Positions 1 to 12,822 of a DNA stretch of 64,000 nt are shown here, piece by piece. The translations under genes were made by a program, and so were the position numbers. Under the pieces are notes generated by a model. That model was not told the origin of the DNA. It was given only the letters and a program-made list of their open reading frames with translations, and did no database searches. Positions within the stretch are counted from its first letter, which is position 1; every line of letters begins with the position of its first letter. Source of the stretch: Vicugna vicugna (taxonomy: Eukaryota); the NCBI GenBank assembly GCA_013265495.1, contig MU058065.1, positions 7,440,302 to 7,504,301 of the forward strand, read 5' to 3'.

Positions 1-36
1 GTAATAATTTATTAAAAGAATAAATAAATCTAATGT

Positions 37-212
37 CAGGTGTTTTTAAATTTTGGATCCACGAACCATTCAGGAACACGTGGATGAGTTTCAGGAGATA
101 AATAAACCTTTTAAAATTATATACAAATGTTTGTATAAATTTGTGTATGTGTTTTTTCTCCTCATGAGCAGGAATCCATAACTTTCATTAGAGTTTCAGC
201 ATATTAAGACCT
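37..212 (+). mobile_element. Short hAT-Charlie MITE remnant (Charlie4z-like)
   Basis: ggatgagtttcagga...aaattatatacaaatgtttg...gtgtatgtg...atccataactttcattagagtttc follows the recalled Charlie4z layout; strongly decayed. Confidence 0.5.
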
Positions 213-329
213 GACAGGTAAGGGACAGTGCACCTACAAGAAGAGATGTAAACATGTACAGCTGTTATTAGAATTTTATAATATTGATGTTAGTAAAAGT
301 ACATGGGAGCACAGAGGAAGAATTTAGTC

Positions 330-1062
330 TCTCTTTCCAGTTGTTCAAGCTAAAAACAGATGTTACCCTTGACATCTCATTTTCTCTTATTCTTCACTTC
401 CAAATCCATCAACAATTATATCAGTTGGCTCTACCTTCAAAACACATCCAGAATTCAGTCTCTACCATCATCACCCTGGCTTAAGCCACCATTATCTTTT
501 CTGGATGAATGAAAAAAGACTCTTGTCTGCCTCAGCTCTTCCCCTTATATAGTCTGTTCTCAACAGAGCAGCTCAAAGTCTGACAGGAGTCAGATCATGT
601 CACTTATTTGTTAAAAACTCTCCAGTGGTTCCCATCTCGCCCAGAGTTAAAGTTAAAGGCCTCCCAAAGCCCACTTTCCCCCCCCCTCTTTCTCCCTCCT
701 CATTTCCAACCTCTCTCCTTCATTGCCCAACCAACTTACCTTGTTGCTGTTTCTTCTCCCACCACAGGTCTCCTATGCTGGAATGCTCTTCTCCCATACA
801 GCTTCTTCTTTGTTTCTACATTCCTTCCAAGTGTTTGCCCATACAACAAATAATGCCCCTGCTCCCCTCTCTCTATCCTGCTCACCCTGTTTTATTTTTA
901 TCCATAGCATGGATCATCATCTGATATACTGTTTATTTAATTTATTTGTTTACTGTTTATCCCTTCCACTAGAATGTGAGCTCCAAAAGGACAAGAACTT
1001 CATTTAATTCAAGCTTGAAACAGTGCCTGGAGCAAGGTAGAGTCTCAATATATATTTGAGTG
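330..1062 (+). mobile_element. LINE-2 (L2a-like) 3' portion
   Basis: Typical L2 blocks: ctctaccttcaaaacacatccaga, agtcagatcatgtcact, ccactagaatgtgagctcc, and the terminal cagtgcctgg...ctcaatatatatttgagt. Confidence 0.85.
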
Positions 1063-1317
1063 GGTGTGATGGTGGCAATATTTAGAGAAACTTAAAAGAT
1101 GAGTAGGATTTGGAGGGGCAAAGATGGATGGGTGATAGCAGGGGAGAAAGGTCAGTGACAAGCATCCATCAAGGCTGGATGAGGATAGAGTCCTTTCCTT
1201 CTGAGTATGTTTTAATTTCAGAATATTATATTCAATCATCACCCATTTCCCCTCCCCAAGGTCTAGCCTAGATAAGTTCATAGGTGGGTAGATATTCTGT
1301 TTCATACACAGAATTGG

Positions 1318-1318
<1 letters not shown>

Positions 1319-1360
<42 letters not shown>
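1319..1360. repeat. (ATT)14 microsatellite
   Basis: Perfect trinucleotide run read directly. Confidence 0.97.
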
Positions 1361-2006
1361 TGCTTAGTCCATGGGTATAACTGGACTAAAGAAATTTAGA
1401 GTTTAGTTAGCTAGTGCTATTTCAGGGTGAGTTCTTGACATACCTGATGAATAATGCAACAGGTGATTGTGTTGGGAGGCAGAAATTGATGATGGAAGTC
1501 AAGGAAGGTGAGAGTGAGAAAGAGAGAGAGAGAGAGGCATAACAAAACCTTACTGACGAGTTTGAGGAGTTCCAGGTTATCCAATAACTCTTTTCCAGCC
1601 TCTCCCATCTGTCATCCTGAAATGCTGGGGAGATTGACTTCAAGGAACACAGTCAAATTTTGTTTTTGGAGACTGCAGGGTAAACATTACAGATCTGGAA
1701 CTGCTGGCTCAAGACTTCAAAGCCTTGAATAAAGCTGCTGGATGATTTGGAAGCCACCTGGCAGGAAATTTAACTTTTGCAGTTTTTTTCCTTCCCAATC
1801 CTTAATTCCTACCTGCCTCCCTCATCCTCCGTAACACCAAATTAGCTATTTGGATGCCATAGATGCAGTTTAGTCTTGGGTACCAGCCAAGGTCACGCGG
1901 CTTAGTGCATAAGAAGTGAATGCCAGCTGTATTTCAGACAGAATTTCTAAGGCCAGAGAAGCGGGAGGTATGGGCTTCCTGATCTTGGATTTTCTTCTCC
2001 CTTCTG

Positions 2007-2032
2007 CACACACACACACACACACACGCACA
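2007..2032. repeat. (CA)n microsatellite
   Basis: CA run with one CG interruption. Confidence 0.95.
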
Positions 2033-2844
2033 ATCCATTTCTACTTCTAATTTCCTGCTTCCAGAAAGAATGATGTGACATTTTTTCTGTCTCTTTTCTA
2101 TCTGGGTATAGTCCTTTCTTGGTCCCGTTTCCCATGGATGCATGAACTCTACACATAAAAGGGTGAAAATAGAGAATAGTCAGTAGGGAATCAAAGAAAC
2201 AAAAATAATAACTAGACCAGAGGAGTCTCCAAAAGTTAACAAGAGCTTTTGAAACATAAATTCATGCTCTGGAGGGGAGCAGTGAGTGTAATAAACTATG
2301 AGAACCCAATTCAAACAAATGCGTGATTATAATTGTCACGAATTATATAAACCTGGCTCTGATTCATGAGTGTGCTAATTATTTCACTGTTTCCGATGTT
2401 GAAACTAAGTTCAAGACTTTTCTCTGTATTATGCAACAGTAAGCTGTATCTACCTACCTATCTATAACTATATGATAGACACAGATATAGTCTATTTATA
2501 TAATGGCTCAGTGTTTGCTTTCTGTATCAATGTACATTCTGCATGCCTGCACCTTGGTGTGACCTACAATCAGTCTTAATTTCTGCCTTCTAAATACTTA
2601 AACTTCATTCTGTTCTTTATGGTGCTGACCATTATACCATGGTACTCCAAAGTATGATCCCAATAAAAATCTGCCTAATATGAAAAACTAAAATAAAAGC
2701 AAACAATAGCCTTAAGAGATTCATCCTAATTAGTTAAATGGAGTTCCTCCTTGTGAATATCCTATTTGACCTAGAGTGCTGGTCCAAACACCTCAGCCAC
2801 TTTAAAACTTTAAAACACATTTAGCTAGTAGATTTATAAATATG

Positions 2845-3175
2845 AATCACTCACTCACCAAGTAATTTTTGAGCATCTGCTATGTACCAGGAATGATGTC
2901 AGACTCTGAGGATACAGAGTAAAAGGAAACCAGTTTTTGCCTCAAGGAATTCATACTGTTAAAAGAATTCTCGGAACAGCAATCTGAGGTGATGGGTGCT
3001 GTGATACAGGGAGAAGGCTCAGGATATGTGGGAGCCTCCAGGAAGTATATCTGACCTTTAAGACATTCTCTGGGGAAGGTATCCTGGAGGAGGTGATGAA
3101 GTTTTGAAAGATTAGCAGGACATAGCTGGGTAGAGGGCATGGAGTGGAAGGTCCAAGAAAGTATATTCAAAGAGT
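2845..3175 (-). mobile_element. LINE-2 3' fragment
   Basis: cactcactcaccaagtaatttttgagcatctgctatgtaccagg...gaggatacagag...cctggaggaggtgatg is the reverse complement of an L2 3' end. Confidence 0.8.
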
Positions 3176-3829
3176 AGTTTGCAGTGTCCCCAGGAAGACT
3201 TGCGTCACCGAGATTCTGTGCTTGGAATTACCAGAGCAAAGGTGCAGAGAATAGCAAGACAGTAAGAAACAGGTTAAAAAAAAAAAAGGTGCATAAGCTA
3301 CTTCTAGCTTACAGTGAAATGCAGAAAGATCTTTTCTTCCTTAAGTCGAATCCCATCATCATCTCAAGAACTTGATCTATGTTTTGCCAGTTAACATTCA
3401 TAGCACTTGAAGAAATGACATATCAAATTGGATTCTGTAGAATAATAAGCACCAAATAAAAGAAAGAATCTAGACAAAGTAGAACTATTGGGTACAGCAC
3501 ATCTTAATTTTCAGAGCTATAACCAGTGTTGTCACTACAGGATGCAGGCTGGCTCATTAAGTTTGGTGAACTTTTAAGGATTGGCAGTTTTTTTTAAACA
3601 TCCTTGGTAAGATGATGCTAAGAGATGGCCGACTTCTGGGATTCTGAGACAAGTTGTAGAGTGGATGGTCATCTCTGGCTCTGCTCCTTGGAGGGGATGG
3701 CAGGTGGAAGAAAAAGAGGGAGATACCTTTCCAGCATGACCTCAGCAAAAGTCCATGTGTCCAGGCTGGGGTTGGAGAACCTGGTTTGGATCTAGACAGA
3801 AGCTTGGCTTGGGGCTAAGAGAAGTTGCA

Positions 3830-4022
3830 GGGTGAAAACGCAATTCCTCTACTTACTAGCCAAGAGTCCTTCACTGTGCCTCTGTCTTCTTATCTATAAA
3901 ACGAGGATATTTTCCACAGCCTACCACTTGGGGATATGTGAGAATTAAACATACATTAATGTCCAACACTTAGACCCATGCCTGCACCCACTGGGCTTTC
4001 CGTAAACATTAGCTATTGTCAT
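3830..4022 (+). mobile_element. MIR SINE
   Basis: ctacttactagc...ctgtgcctctgtcttcttatctataaaacgagga...gtgagaattaaa...taaacattagctatt. Confidence 0.75.
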
Positions 4023-5606
4023 GCTGTGTTGTTCCCATCATAAATTAAGTGAAATCTTAGCACATAATTAAATGCAGTAAGCATTCATTTTCTGTCTCAC
4101 TCAATATTAAGAAAATAGATACACAGTGAGAGGTATGACGGAAGGAATGTGGTCCAGGAGATAGGGGGTTGGCCTGGATGACCTGTTGATGACCCACTCA
4201 GTTCTGAATCTGTGACTATCTAAGCAGAGCTAGAGGCTTGTCTGTGGTGTGTGTCTTCAGTTATTACTCTGGAGAGCCCCCTGCCCTGCCCTGCCCATGG
4301 GAAACACACAAATCGAAACTCTGTCTCCTGGAAAATTGCATCCTCGCCAAAGCTGGGAAATTGCTCTGTGCCACCCTGTTTCCCATTGGCCTCAGATCCT
4401 CTTCTTTAGTCCAAATGTATTTGCATTGTTCTCCAAGTCTGACTGAGGCTAGCAGGGATTCTGTGTAATCCCTGCTCTAGTTTCCTCTGATTTGAAACAC
4501 ACACACGCATGCACACACGTGCACACACTTCATTTTCACCAGGGTCCCAGGAGGTGAAAAGTCTACTTTAGTATGCGCCAGGTTCAGGCTCCAGGGAGCC
4601 CTGAGATTTCTCCATCAGCTCAATGGCCTGATTGTGTGTTTGTCTCCGTCCAGTGGCAGGTTGGCAGGTTAGCTGAAAGCTCATCTTGAACAATCACCTC
4701 AAACCTTAAATCCAAACACCATGGTAGCTCTCCTGGAACCAGGTCTGTTTTCCTTGCCTATCTGGTTACAGTATTTTAAAACTGAGCAACCTCATTATCA
4801 GTAATGTTTCTGAGAACCCAGCATTCTTTTAGAAAATGCTAGCTCTCCAGGGCTGGCAGAAGCTGCAAGGCAGACACATTCTCTCACCAGCCACTCTCTT
4901 CCTCAGGCCTCACTCAGCCAAATTCAACAGCCCAGCTCAGCAGAAATGAACACGAGGACTCAATACCTACTAAGGAGCTGGGGTCCTGGGTGACAGAGAA
5001 AGGGAGTGGGACCTCTTTCCCCAGAGGTCTTGAAGAATAGGACAGATGTTTGTGTTTGTGCTGAGCCAGCACCTTTGTATTAGTGAGAGACTTGGATTAG
5101 ACTTTGGATTTTATTTTCCCACATTAGCCTATATTCATTGTGTCATCTTCAGTTTCAAGTATTGAAATTTTCTAAGCCTCCCTTTCTTCACCTGTGAAAT
5201 AGTGATAATTACTGTGAGGATCAAAAGAAATAATGCATAGGAAAATTAGAAAGCCTTCAACATTTAAAAAGAATTACCTATTCCTTATAATATGAGCTTT
5301 CTTTATGTTTAAAGAATTTACATGGAACTTTCTTACCCCTCTTGAACTAGTTTACAAACTCTTATAGTTTTGGAGGACAAAAATTACTTTGAAATAAGTT
5401 TAAAACACTGCTCTCAAAGGGCTCACTCAGTTGTAGGGGAGTCAGTACAGTATCCTGAAGGGTTTTTTTTTCCCCCACATATCTCAATGTTCTAATGAAT
5501 GCTGTAGAACAGAAGGACAAACATGTCACTACAGAGTGATGTTGAGGAGATGATATTTTGAGCTGCTTCTTGAAGGATGATGAAGAGGTTTCTCCTTGGT
5601 GGGTAT

Positions 5607-5982
5607 TGTAGTGTTATTATTCTCAATTAGTTACTGTCGACCTATTTGAGAGGATTATGCATACCCACCCAACAGATTAACTTTGGCCATGTGACTTGCA
5701 TTTGCCACATGGAATGTGAGCAGAAATGTAGACTATATTTGAATAGAAGCCTTAAAAGGCATCACCAAGTTCTATTGCTCCTTTTCTTTTTCTTTTTTTG
5801 CAAGAATAATATGTTCCAGGGAGGGGCTTCTCCTTCAGCCTGGATCTCGGAATGAGAAAGATCCATGGAACACGAGCTGTAGCCAGCAAGGTCAGTGAGA
5901 AATAGGACTTTGTTGTTGGAAGCCACTGAGATTTGGGGGTAGTTTATTGCTGCAATATAAATGGCTAAAGCCAACTAATAAA
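5607..5982 (+). mobile_element. MaLR LTR (MLT1I/J-like)
   Basis: ggccatgtgacttgc...tggaatgtgagcagaa...ccttcagcctggatc...gtgagaaata...aagccactgagatttggggg...ctaata. Confidence 0.8.
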
Positions 5983-6155
5983 AATATTTGTACCAAAACT
6001 GGAGTGCAACAGAAAACCTACAATGTATGCCATTGGCTTCCAGGTTAAGTGTTACACAGCAAGGAAACTTCTTGGTGACTCATGTTATTCAGTAGAGAAA
6101 CATTTGGTAAAACTGTTGTTTGTAGTATCTTGGAAGGTGGCAGATTATGTTCCTG
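5983..6155 (+). mobile_element. MaLR internal sequence, 5' start (MLT1-int)
   Basis: Immediately after the LTR: atttgtaccaaaactggagtg...aaaacctacaatgt...cattggctt...aaacatttggtaaaactgttg...tggaaggtggcagattatgt, as recalled for the MLT-int leader. Confidence 0.6.
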
Positions 6156-6239
6156 TGTATGATACCTATGTCTATGTCTCTATATATCTATCTATCTTTT
6201 ATTGCAGAATTAGAATATACATATTAGAATATACACACT

Positions 6240-6520
6240 TTGTGTGACAAACCAACCCAGGGGTCAGTGATATGCAAAAGTAAGCATTTATTTCTTATTC
6301 ATGTGCCTGCAAGTCCCTTGGGCTTCATCTGATCTGAACTGGGCTTGGTTGGGCTTGCCACCAGCTATATGTTGGTTTTTGTCTACTTCGTGTGTTTTTC
6401 CAGCTCCTTGGAACAGTGGCTAAATGAGGCATGTTCTTGGGATGAAAGGTGGGAGCAGGGAGATATACTCCTCCCATGGCATGGGTAGGGGAGGCAATGA
6501 ATATGAGCTAAACTGTGAGT
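6240..6520 (-). mobile_element. MaLR LTR fragment (MLT1H-like)
   Basis: tgtgacaaaccaaccca...taagcatttatttctt...ctgggcttggttgggcttgc...ctccttggaacagtggct...gcatgttctt. Confidence 0.65.
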
Positions 6521-6529
6521 ACCTAATGG

Positions 6530-6690
6530 ACCTGTGGCTTTAGGTGGAAAAGAGCACAGAAATTATAGTCACATATGCTGTTTTATTTGTGACCCAATCC
6601 TTAATAGATGCTTGCCTTGGGCAGGTCACAATTTTTCTAAACTTCAGTTTCCCCATTTGAAAAAAATAGTGAAAAACAAACCAGTATTTT
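6530..6690 (+). mobile_element. MIR SINE
   Basis: ggtggaaaagagcacag...ccttgggcaggtcac...cttcagtttccccatttgaaaaa. Confidence 0.7.
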
Positions 6691-7319
6691 TTGCAAGGAA
6701 CGGAAATTCCAGCTAGCTCAAATAATCATAGTGATTGGGTGATGGTGTTTCTCATCAGAAACATTCTGTGGTGTCCAAGGGAAACTCAAGTCCAACCAGG
6801 ACTTAGAACAGAGGACTCAGTAGCCCCAGGGACCCTCTATGCCCTGTAGACCTTCTTTCATTAATGTGCCTCAGCTGAATCCCATGTGTCTGTTTTTCTT
6901 CTATTGAACTTAAGTTGCTTGTGTGTTTGTGTATAGACACACGTGTCTTACAGTTGAAACTCTTAACTCATATGTGTTACAATCTCCCAACTCTTTCTAT
7001 GATAATAGGAATAGAATTCATTTTGCTCCTTGGAAGGAAAAGAAAACAGAGATAAGAAGAGAACTGTTCAACACTCAAGTCTTCAGTAGAATTGACTAAA
7101 AATAAGATGTTTGGTATGAGAATATTGTTTTCCTAAAAAATGTGTCAAGTTTGGGTTAGCATGAGGTGAAACAGAAGTAGTACTCGCCTGGAGATTAGCC
7201 AGAGCAGGGGACCATGAAATATACAAACCCTAAGAAAATAACAGATGTTATGCAGGGAGCTTCGGGGAAAGTGTAAGTCAAGTTTCCCTAAATCTGATTA
7301 GCACTACCCGAGATTGAGG

Positions 7320-7780
7320 CAGCCAGGGTCCCTTTTCTGGGACCTGCACTTCAGAGGGCCCCTTTCTGGCTCTTCCCCAGGGGTGCCTCTCCCTACAGAG
7401 TGAGGAGTTTGCAGAGTTGGAGATAATGCACATCTGGAACCCATACCCCTCTGGATCCATGTGACCTGGAATCTTCTATCCTACTGATCCTAAACTGGCT
7501 TCCTAGGCCTGCATAGATCTCTTGCCAAAACTCCTTTGGAGAATGGAGCACCCTACCAGTGTGTATACTTCTGCACCAGAAGACTGTCCAAGGAGTTTGG
7601 TTTGCAAGGATGTGGATAGAAGTTGGATGCTGGATCCTAGGATGTCCATGTTCATACATGTGAGCCCCTCCTGGTGATGGGTGGCGCCTAGAATGAAGAG
7701 AAAGGGCTTGGGCCAGGAGTGTCCACTGACACTCTTACCGAAAATCTGAGAAAAAGGCTTATCTCTGAAGGTCAGGGTGG
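7320..7780. mobile_element. Possible hAT-Tip100 DNA transposon remnant (FordPrefect-like)
   Basis: GC-richer block ending ggatcctaggatgtccatgttcatacatgtgagcccctc...gaagagaaagggcttgggcca resembles recalled FordPrefect sequence; termini not identified. Confidence 0.35.
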
Positions 7781-9547
7781 CCTCAGCTGACAGTCCACGA
7801 AGTATAATTTGAGGGGTATTGCAAAACCCTGCATATAATACAAGGTATGCTTTGGGTAAACCTGCCCTGAGAATTAACCATAAACCTCCTCCCTAACCAG
7901 TATAGTAATGAAGCAGCAGGAAAAATTTAGCTACAATTTTAATTTTCAAAATTATTGTTATGCATTATGATCTCGTAAGAAAAATATTTCATATGCAGCC
8001 ACCTGTAAAGTAAAATAGGCAAAAGACTTGGTCCTCACACAAGGCAATAATTTCTCCATTTGGAATGCTAGCAATGTTCCCTCCTCAGAAAGTTTATAGA
8101 CCTTATATCCTGCCTGCTCTCCCTTAATAAAGAAATGTGAAATATTTTAAAATAAACCTTCTTTAATGAGCAGAAATACATGTCCTCCAGGTCTTTTGCT
8201 TTTTTAAACATCCTGAGGGCTATAAAATCCCCTGGGTTGACATGTCAGGAGTGTGTCCAACTCACTTGGTTTTGGGGGTTCTCTCTGGTTTACGGGGCTA
8301 CAGCTGTGGTGGGGAGAAAATTTCATTCATTGCTGTTCCTTTATTTGTGTTTGTTGTCTATGTACATTTTTTTCTGATGCTTGACTGAGTAAACTGAATG
8401 ATTTCTAGCTTTTGTGCTTACTTTTCTTTGCTGGAGAGATTTAAACTCCCGACCATGTGTCTATCATGCACACAGGACTTTTCAAGTACACAGCAGTGTT
8501 TAACCTCATGTCCCCACTCCCTCGTCCCTGAGGAGGAATGCTCTCCTGGACTGAAGAGAGGAAAGGGCACTGAGCTTGGAACCAGATGGCTGGATTGCAA
8601 GTCCAAGGCTCTTCACTTACTAACTAGGTAAAGTTGAGCAAGTTAATGGAAAATACTCTTATTAGAAAGAAGCCAGGCACTCACTTACTCCTTCAAAAAG
8701 TACTTACCCAGGACAGCTTTGACTTAGGCAACATGAGAAGCACCAGGAAAATAAAGACAAAATGCCCAGGTCAACAGAGGGTGAGCAATCACTCTGTGAC
8801 CTCAGTACTTAAATAGATTAGTAACACCTGCCATGTCTCCCTCCCAGGCAAGTTGTGAGGCTCAAATGTGCGGATGTTCTATCTGTGCCCTGTAGACAGA
8901 AGCTATCAATTTTGGGGAGAAGGAGAGTGCTGGAAAAAGACCTTATTTCAGAGTTATATATATAATGGATGTGCATTAACTGAGTCGAGTGTATCTGCCT
9001 TTTCAGTATTTGTGACTGTTTTGTTGTTGTTATCTCACAACTTCCTTTAAAAATATATGCAGGAGCAAACTGAGGTCAAAATGAATTTCAATAAAGTTTA
9101 TCCTGATAATTTGAAAATGGGATCCCCCTGGGATATTGTGAAGCTGGGCTTGGGACCTTGGTCTTGGGATAAGTGGATGATCGTTCACATTCAGAGTGGA
9201 GGAAAGCGGCAGGAGATCGCTCACCTAACAACAGAGATCATTGTACACTGGTGGGGAGATTGGGGCAAGAATTAAAATTAGAATAATCTGAATACAAATC
9301 CTAACATAGAAAAAGGAAATTTTCCATCCCTACAGACTTCTTGAGCCATTGATTGGAGTTACAGATACTGCTGCTCTCTCAGCAGAAATGTATTAAGACC
9401 ATATGTAAAGATAAATATTCTGGTTGGAGCAAGATAGGAAAACAAAAAGCAAAGAGCAAATCAGTGGGATACCTCATGGACTGCTGTGTTTCCACCCACA
9501 CTAAAGAATACTCAGAACCGTAGGAGGTTTAGATCCTGTTCACCCTT

Positions 9548-10290
9548 TCATTTGCTCATTTATTCAATAAATATTTATTGAGTGCCTGCTGTGAGTGGGG
9601 ACTTCAGAAGGAAGCAAATCTCGTGCAGCCCCTGCCTTCATGTCTGCTAGTAAAGGACACAGACATTAATTAAATGGGCACACAAAATCATCTACAGTTG
9701 TGAGGTTGATTGCTATGAAGGTGAAGTGTATGGTGCAAAGGGAGGCCATACTGAAGAGGTACTGACCTCGTAAAAGGAAGACACAGTAGAGTCCTCCAGA
9801 GAAAAGACACTTGACTTCTGCTTGCATCATCACATCTCCTTTCTGTCTCTTCTACCTTGCTCTCCCATCTTTTAGGGACCCTTGTGAATACGTTGGGCCC
9901 TGCTGGATAGCCCAGGATAATCTTACCATCTCCAGGTCCTTAACTGAATCACATTGGCAAAGTCCCTCTTGATATGTCAGGTAATGTATTCACAGGTGTT
10001 GGGGGATGTGGGCATCTTTGGGGAGTTGTATTCTGCCTGCAACACCAAAGCATCTGTATTTAAACCTGAGGAGGAATTGAAGAATAAGTGGTATATGAAA
10101 AGACTGTGGCAGCTTTAAGCAACTGATGATTGTGGCTTAACTGTACCAGGCTCAGCCAAAGTGGATGGAAGGTAGGCTCTTAGCAGGAGTAGTGCTAAGG
10201 AAGTGGGAGGCAGGGCCCAGAACTTAGTGCCTGAATGAAATGTTTATGGTGTATAAGGCTGGTCCACTCTAAAGGCAAATAAATTTCTTG
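9548..10290 (-). mobile_element. LINE-2, interrupted by an MLT1 LTR
   Basis: tcatttattcaataaatatttattgagtgcctgctgtg is an L2a terminus on the reverse strand; purine-rich L2-like sequence resumes after 10045. Confidence 0.7.
9816..10044 (-). mobile_element. MaLR LTR 5' half (MLT1C/D-like)
   Basis: gacccttgtgaatacgttgggccc...ccaggataatct...ccttaactgaatcacattggcaaagtccc...tattcacagg...attctgcctgcaaca. Confidence 0.8.
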
Positions 10291-12699
10291 ATAATCCAAG
10301 GGATCTGTAAATTGACTTGAAAGTACATAGGTCTGGCACTATGCCTTGCCATGTCTGCAGCAGGGCTGCCTGTGATGATCCTGGGGTGTTATTTCTCTAA
10401 GTGCATCATGCCTGTCCTTGGAGAGAGTCTGGTTTCCTGCTTCTTTGGAGACACCAAGTATGTGCTGTTTATTAGCACCACCATCCACCCTCTCATACAC
10501 ACCTCTTCCCAGAAGAATCTAAATTACTTTAATCATATTGTGTGCTTCTTTAGTAGAATTTTCCAGTTCTGTTTTTTCCAGTTTGCTTTTATGGTCATAT
10601 TATTTTTTTTCTTCCCACCTCACTTTCCTTGTGCATAAAACATAGCCACCCTACCTCTGGTATTGGATGCCTGCTAGGAAAACCCAAGGGGCTTCAGTCA
10701 CAGAAATCAAGGGAAAGTAAAGAAGGGGTACTGCCCCCACATCCTGGGCCTGTTAGGCTAGGTGGACAGCTGCTGTTGGCAATACTCTGTAAATGTTGGA
10801 CCCAAGACCACCTCCCTCCCTCTGTACCACCCACAGAGAGCTCAAATTCTCTCCAGTTCCATGCATAATACCTTCCTAAGGAGTCAGGACTATGAGAAGA
10901 TGGATTAAAGGTAGAAGATTCCATGAATAGTCTGGGGCTTTTCCTGAAAGTCTTCCCAAGCCAGAGACATTGCAATAAAGGGGCATAGAGAGGGGTTCAA
11001 ATCATTGTCGTCAGGATCTTCTCAAATTCACTGTGGAACCAGAGGTCTAATTTTTGTTTCTAAAATCTATGTTTCTCTTCTCTTTCCCTTTGGAGCTTCC
11101 ATACTTTAGTGTGTACTGATTTATTCTTTGGGAGGAAGGAAAAACTGGAAAGCCTGAATAGGAGCTGAAATCCTCTGAGCCTCTCAATTGTAGAGGCTGA
11201 GGTTAGACCTTGGAAGAGGTTGAGGGCCCTTCTCTTCACCACCCCTCTGCAGGGTATGGGGAAGCAGCCCCTCCCAAACTCCTGGCCTGTAAGAGGGAGA
11301 TGATCATCTCTATCTTAGGAGAGATGACGTACGATAATGTATGTAAAGCATTTATAAGATACATGGCATCTAAGAAACTTTTAATAAATGTTCCTTAAGA
11401 GGCAGGATAATGATGATGATTCCTCAGTTGTTCCAACCTTCCTGTCTCACTGGGTTCTCAAGCTTTAAAGAAGAGAGAATACTTAAAACAAACAAACAAA
11501 CAAAAAACCCCTCCTAGTTCTTTCCCCAAACTTCCCTCTATTGATAAATAAAATTCTAACAAGTTACATTGCCTCTTACTTAATGGTCCTACACATAACA
11601 TTTTTCCCAATTCATTCAGTTCTTTATTACTCATGTCTCTGTTGGTCTCCATCAGTTATCATCTCTCAGTGACTGTCTGGCTGCTGTGGGGGTTGTTACT
11701 TGTAGATTATGATCCTCTGGGGAATAACTACAGACTTACAGAATTCTCTATCTTCTACTCCTTTAGATCCTACCACATTCCTCCCAAGGCACTCCTTTCA
11801 AAATGTGAACTGTTAAACATGTTGAGAAGTTCTGGCTTAAATCATCAGGTCACACATTTCCCTTCCCTTCACAGGTTGGACAGTTCAGAGTAGGCTGTGA
11901 AGATGATCTGCTAAATGTTCTCCTGCCCTCAAAATAACCTAGTTGATTAGAGGCAGACCAGTGTCTCAGGTTTTCCTGGAGGCCTCTTCCTGACCCTTCT
12001 GCTTTTTCATGCCTTTCCCCAAAGAAACCCTTTTCCATGTTTTTCAGAGGGTCTAATTGTTCATTTACAAGACTCACAGAGAGAAAGAAGAAAAAGAACA
12101 ACAAAAACAAAATGGTTCATTGCTCAGTGCAGCCCTTGACAACAGATGCTCCAGCTCCCTTCTTTGCAGGCCATAAAGTGCTCTGTAAAAATTAAAAAGC
12201 GTGAATTTATGGTGCCCAAGTGGAGCCAGAAGGTGAGGACGTATCTCCATCCAACGAGTCAGGCATACTTATGAAGCAGGAATATGAAGCCATGCCAATT
12301 TCTGGCCAATAAAATCTCTTTCCTGCCTTCCCAGATCCGTGACCTTGTCTTTCCCATGCAAAACTAAGTTGGGACACAAATGAGGGGGGAGGTCAACAAA
12401 AAAGCAGCAAAACAAAGCAAAATACCCTGGGTGCCCTGGCCTTGTAGGGGAACAGTTTGATCACAGGGCTTCCCTCCTGGTCCCTTTATTCTTTTCTGTG
12501 GCTCTCTTGGCCATCTTGCCTGTAAGCACCTCCTGATTTTTCATTTCAGGGAAGCTTGAGTTGGTTACTAGCAAAGACTGTTGCCAAAATAGATCCAGAT
12601 GGAAAGAGGAGCCCAAGGTCCTGTGGAGGTTGAGAAGACTGGGCAAATCCTGTAGGTGGTAGAAGAGACACAAGAGGAGGTTTAGAAGACATGGCTGGA

Positions 12700-12822
12700 C
12701 TATGTTGGCTTTGTGACTTTGACAGACCACTTTAACCTCTCTGAATTTCAGCTGCCTTATCCCTAAAAGGAGGAGAGTGGGACTGAAATGGACCTTGAGA
12801 TTTCTTTGTCTGATATTCTCTA
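12700..12822 (+). mobile_element. MIR3-like SINE
   Basis: gtgactttgacagaccactttaacctctctgaatttcag core followed by a CR1-type tail. Confidence 0.6.
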
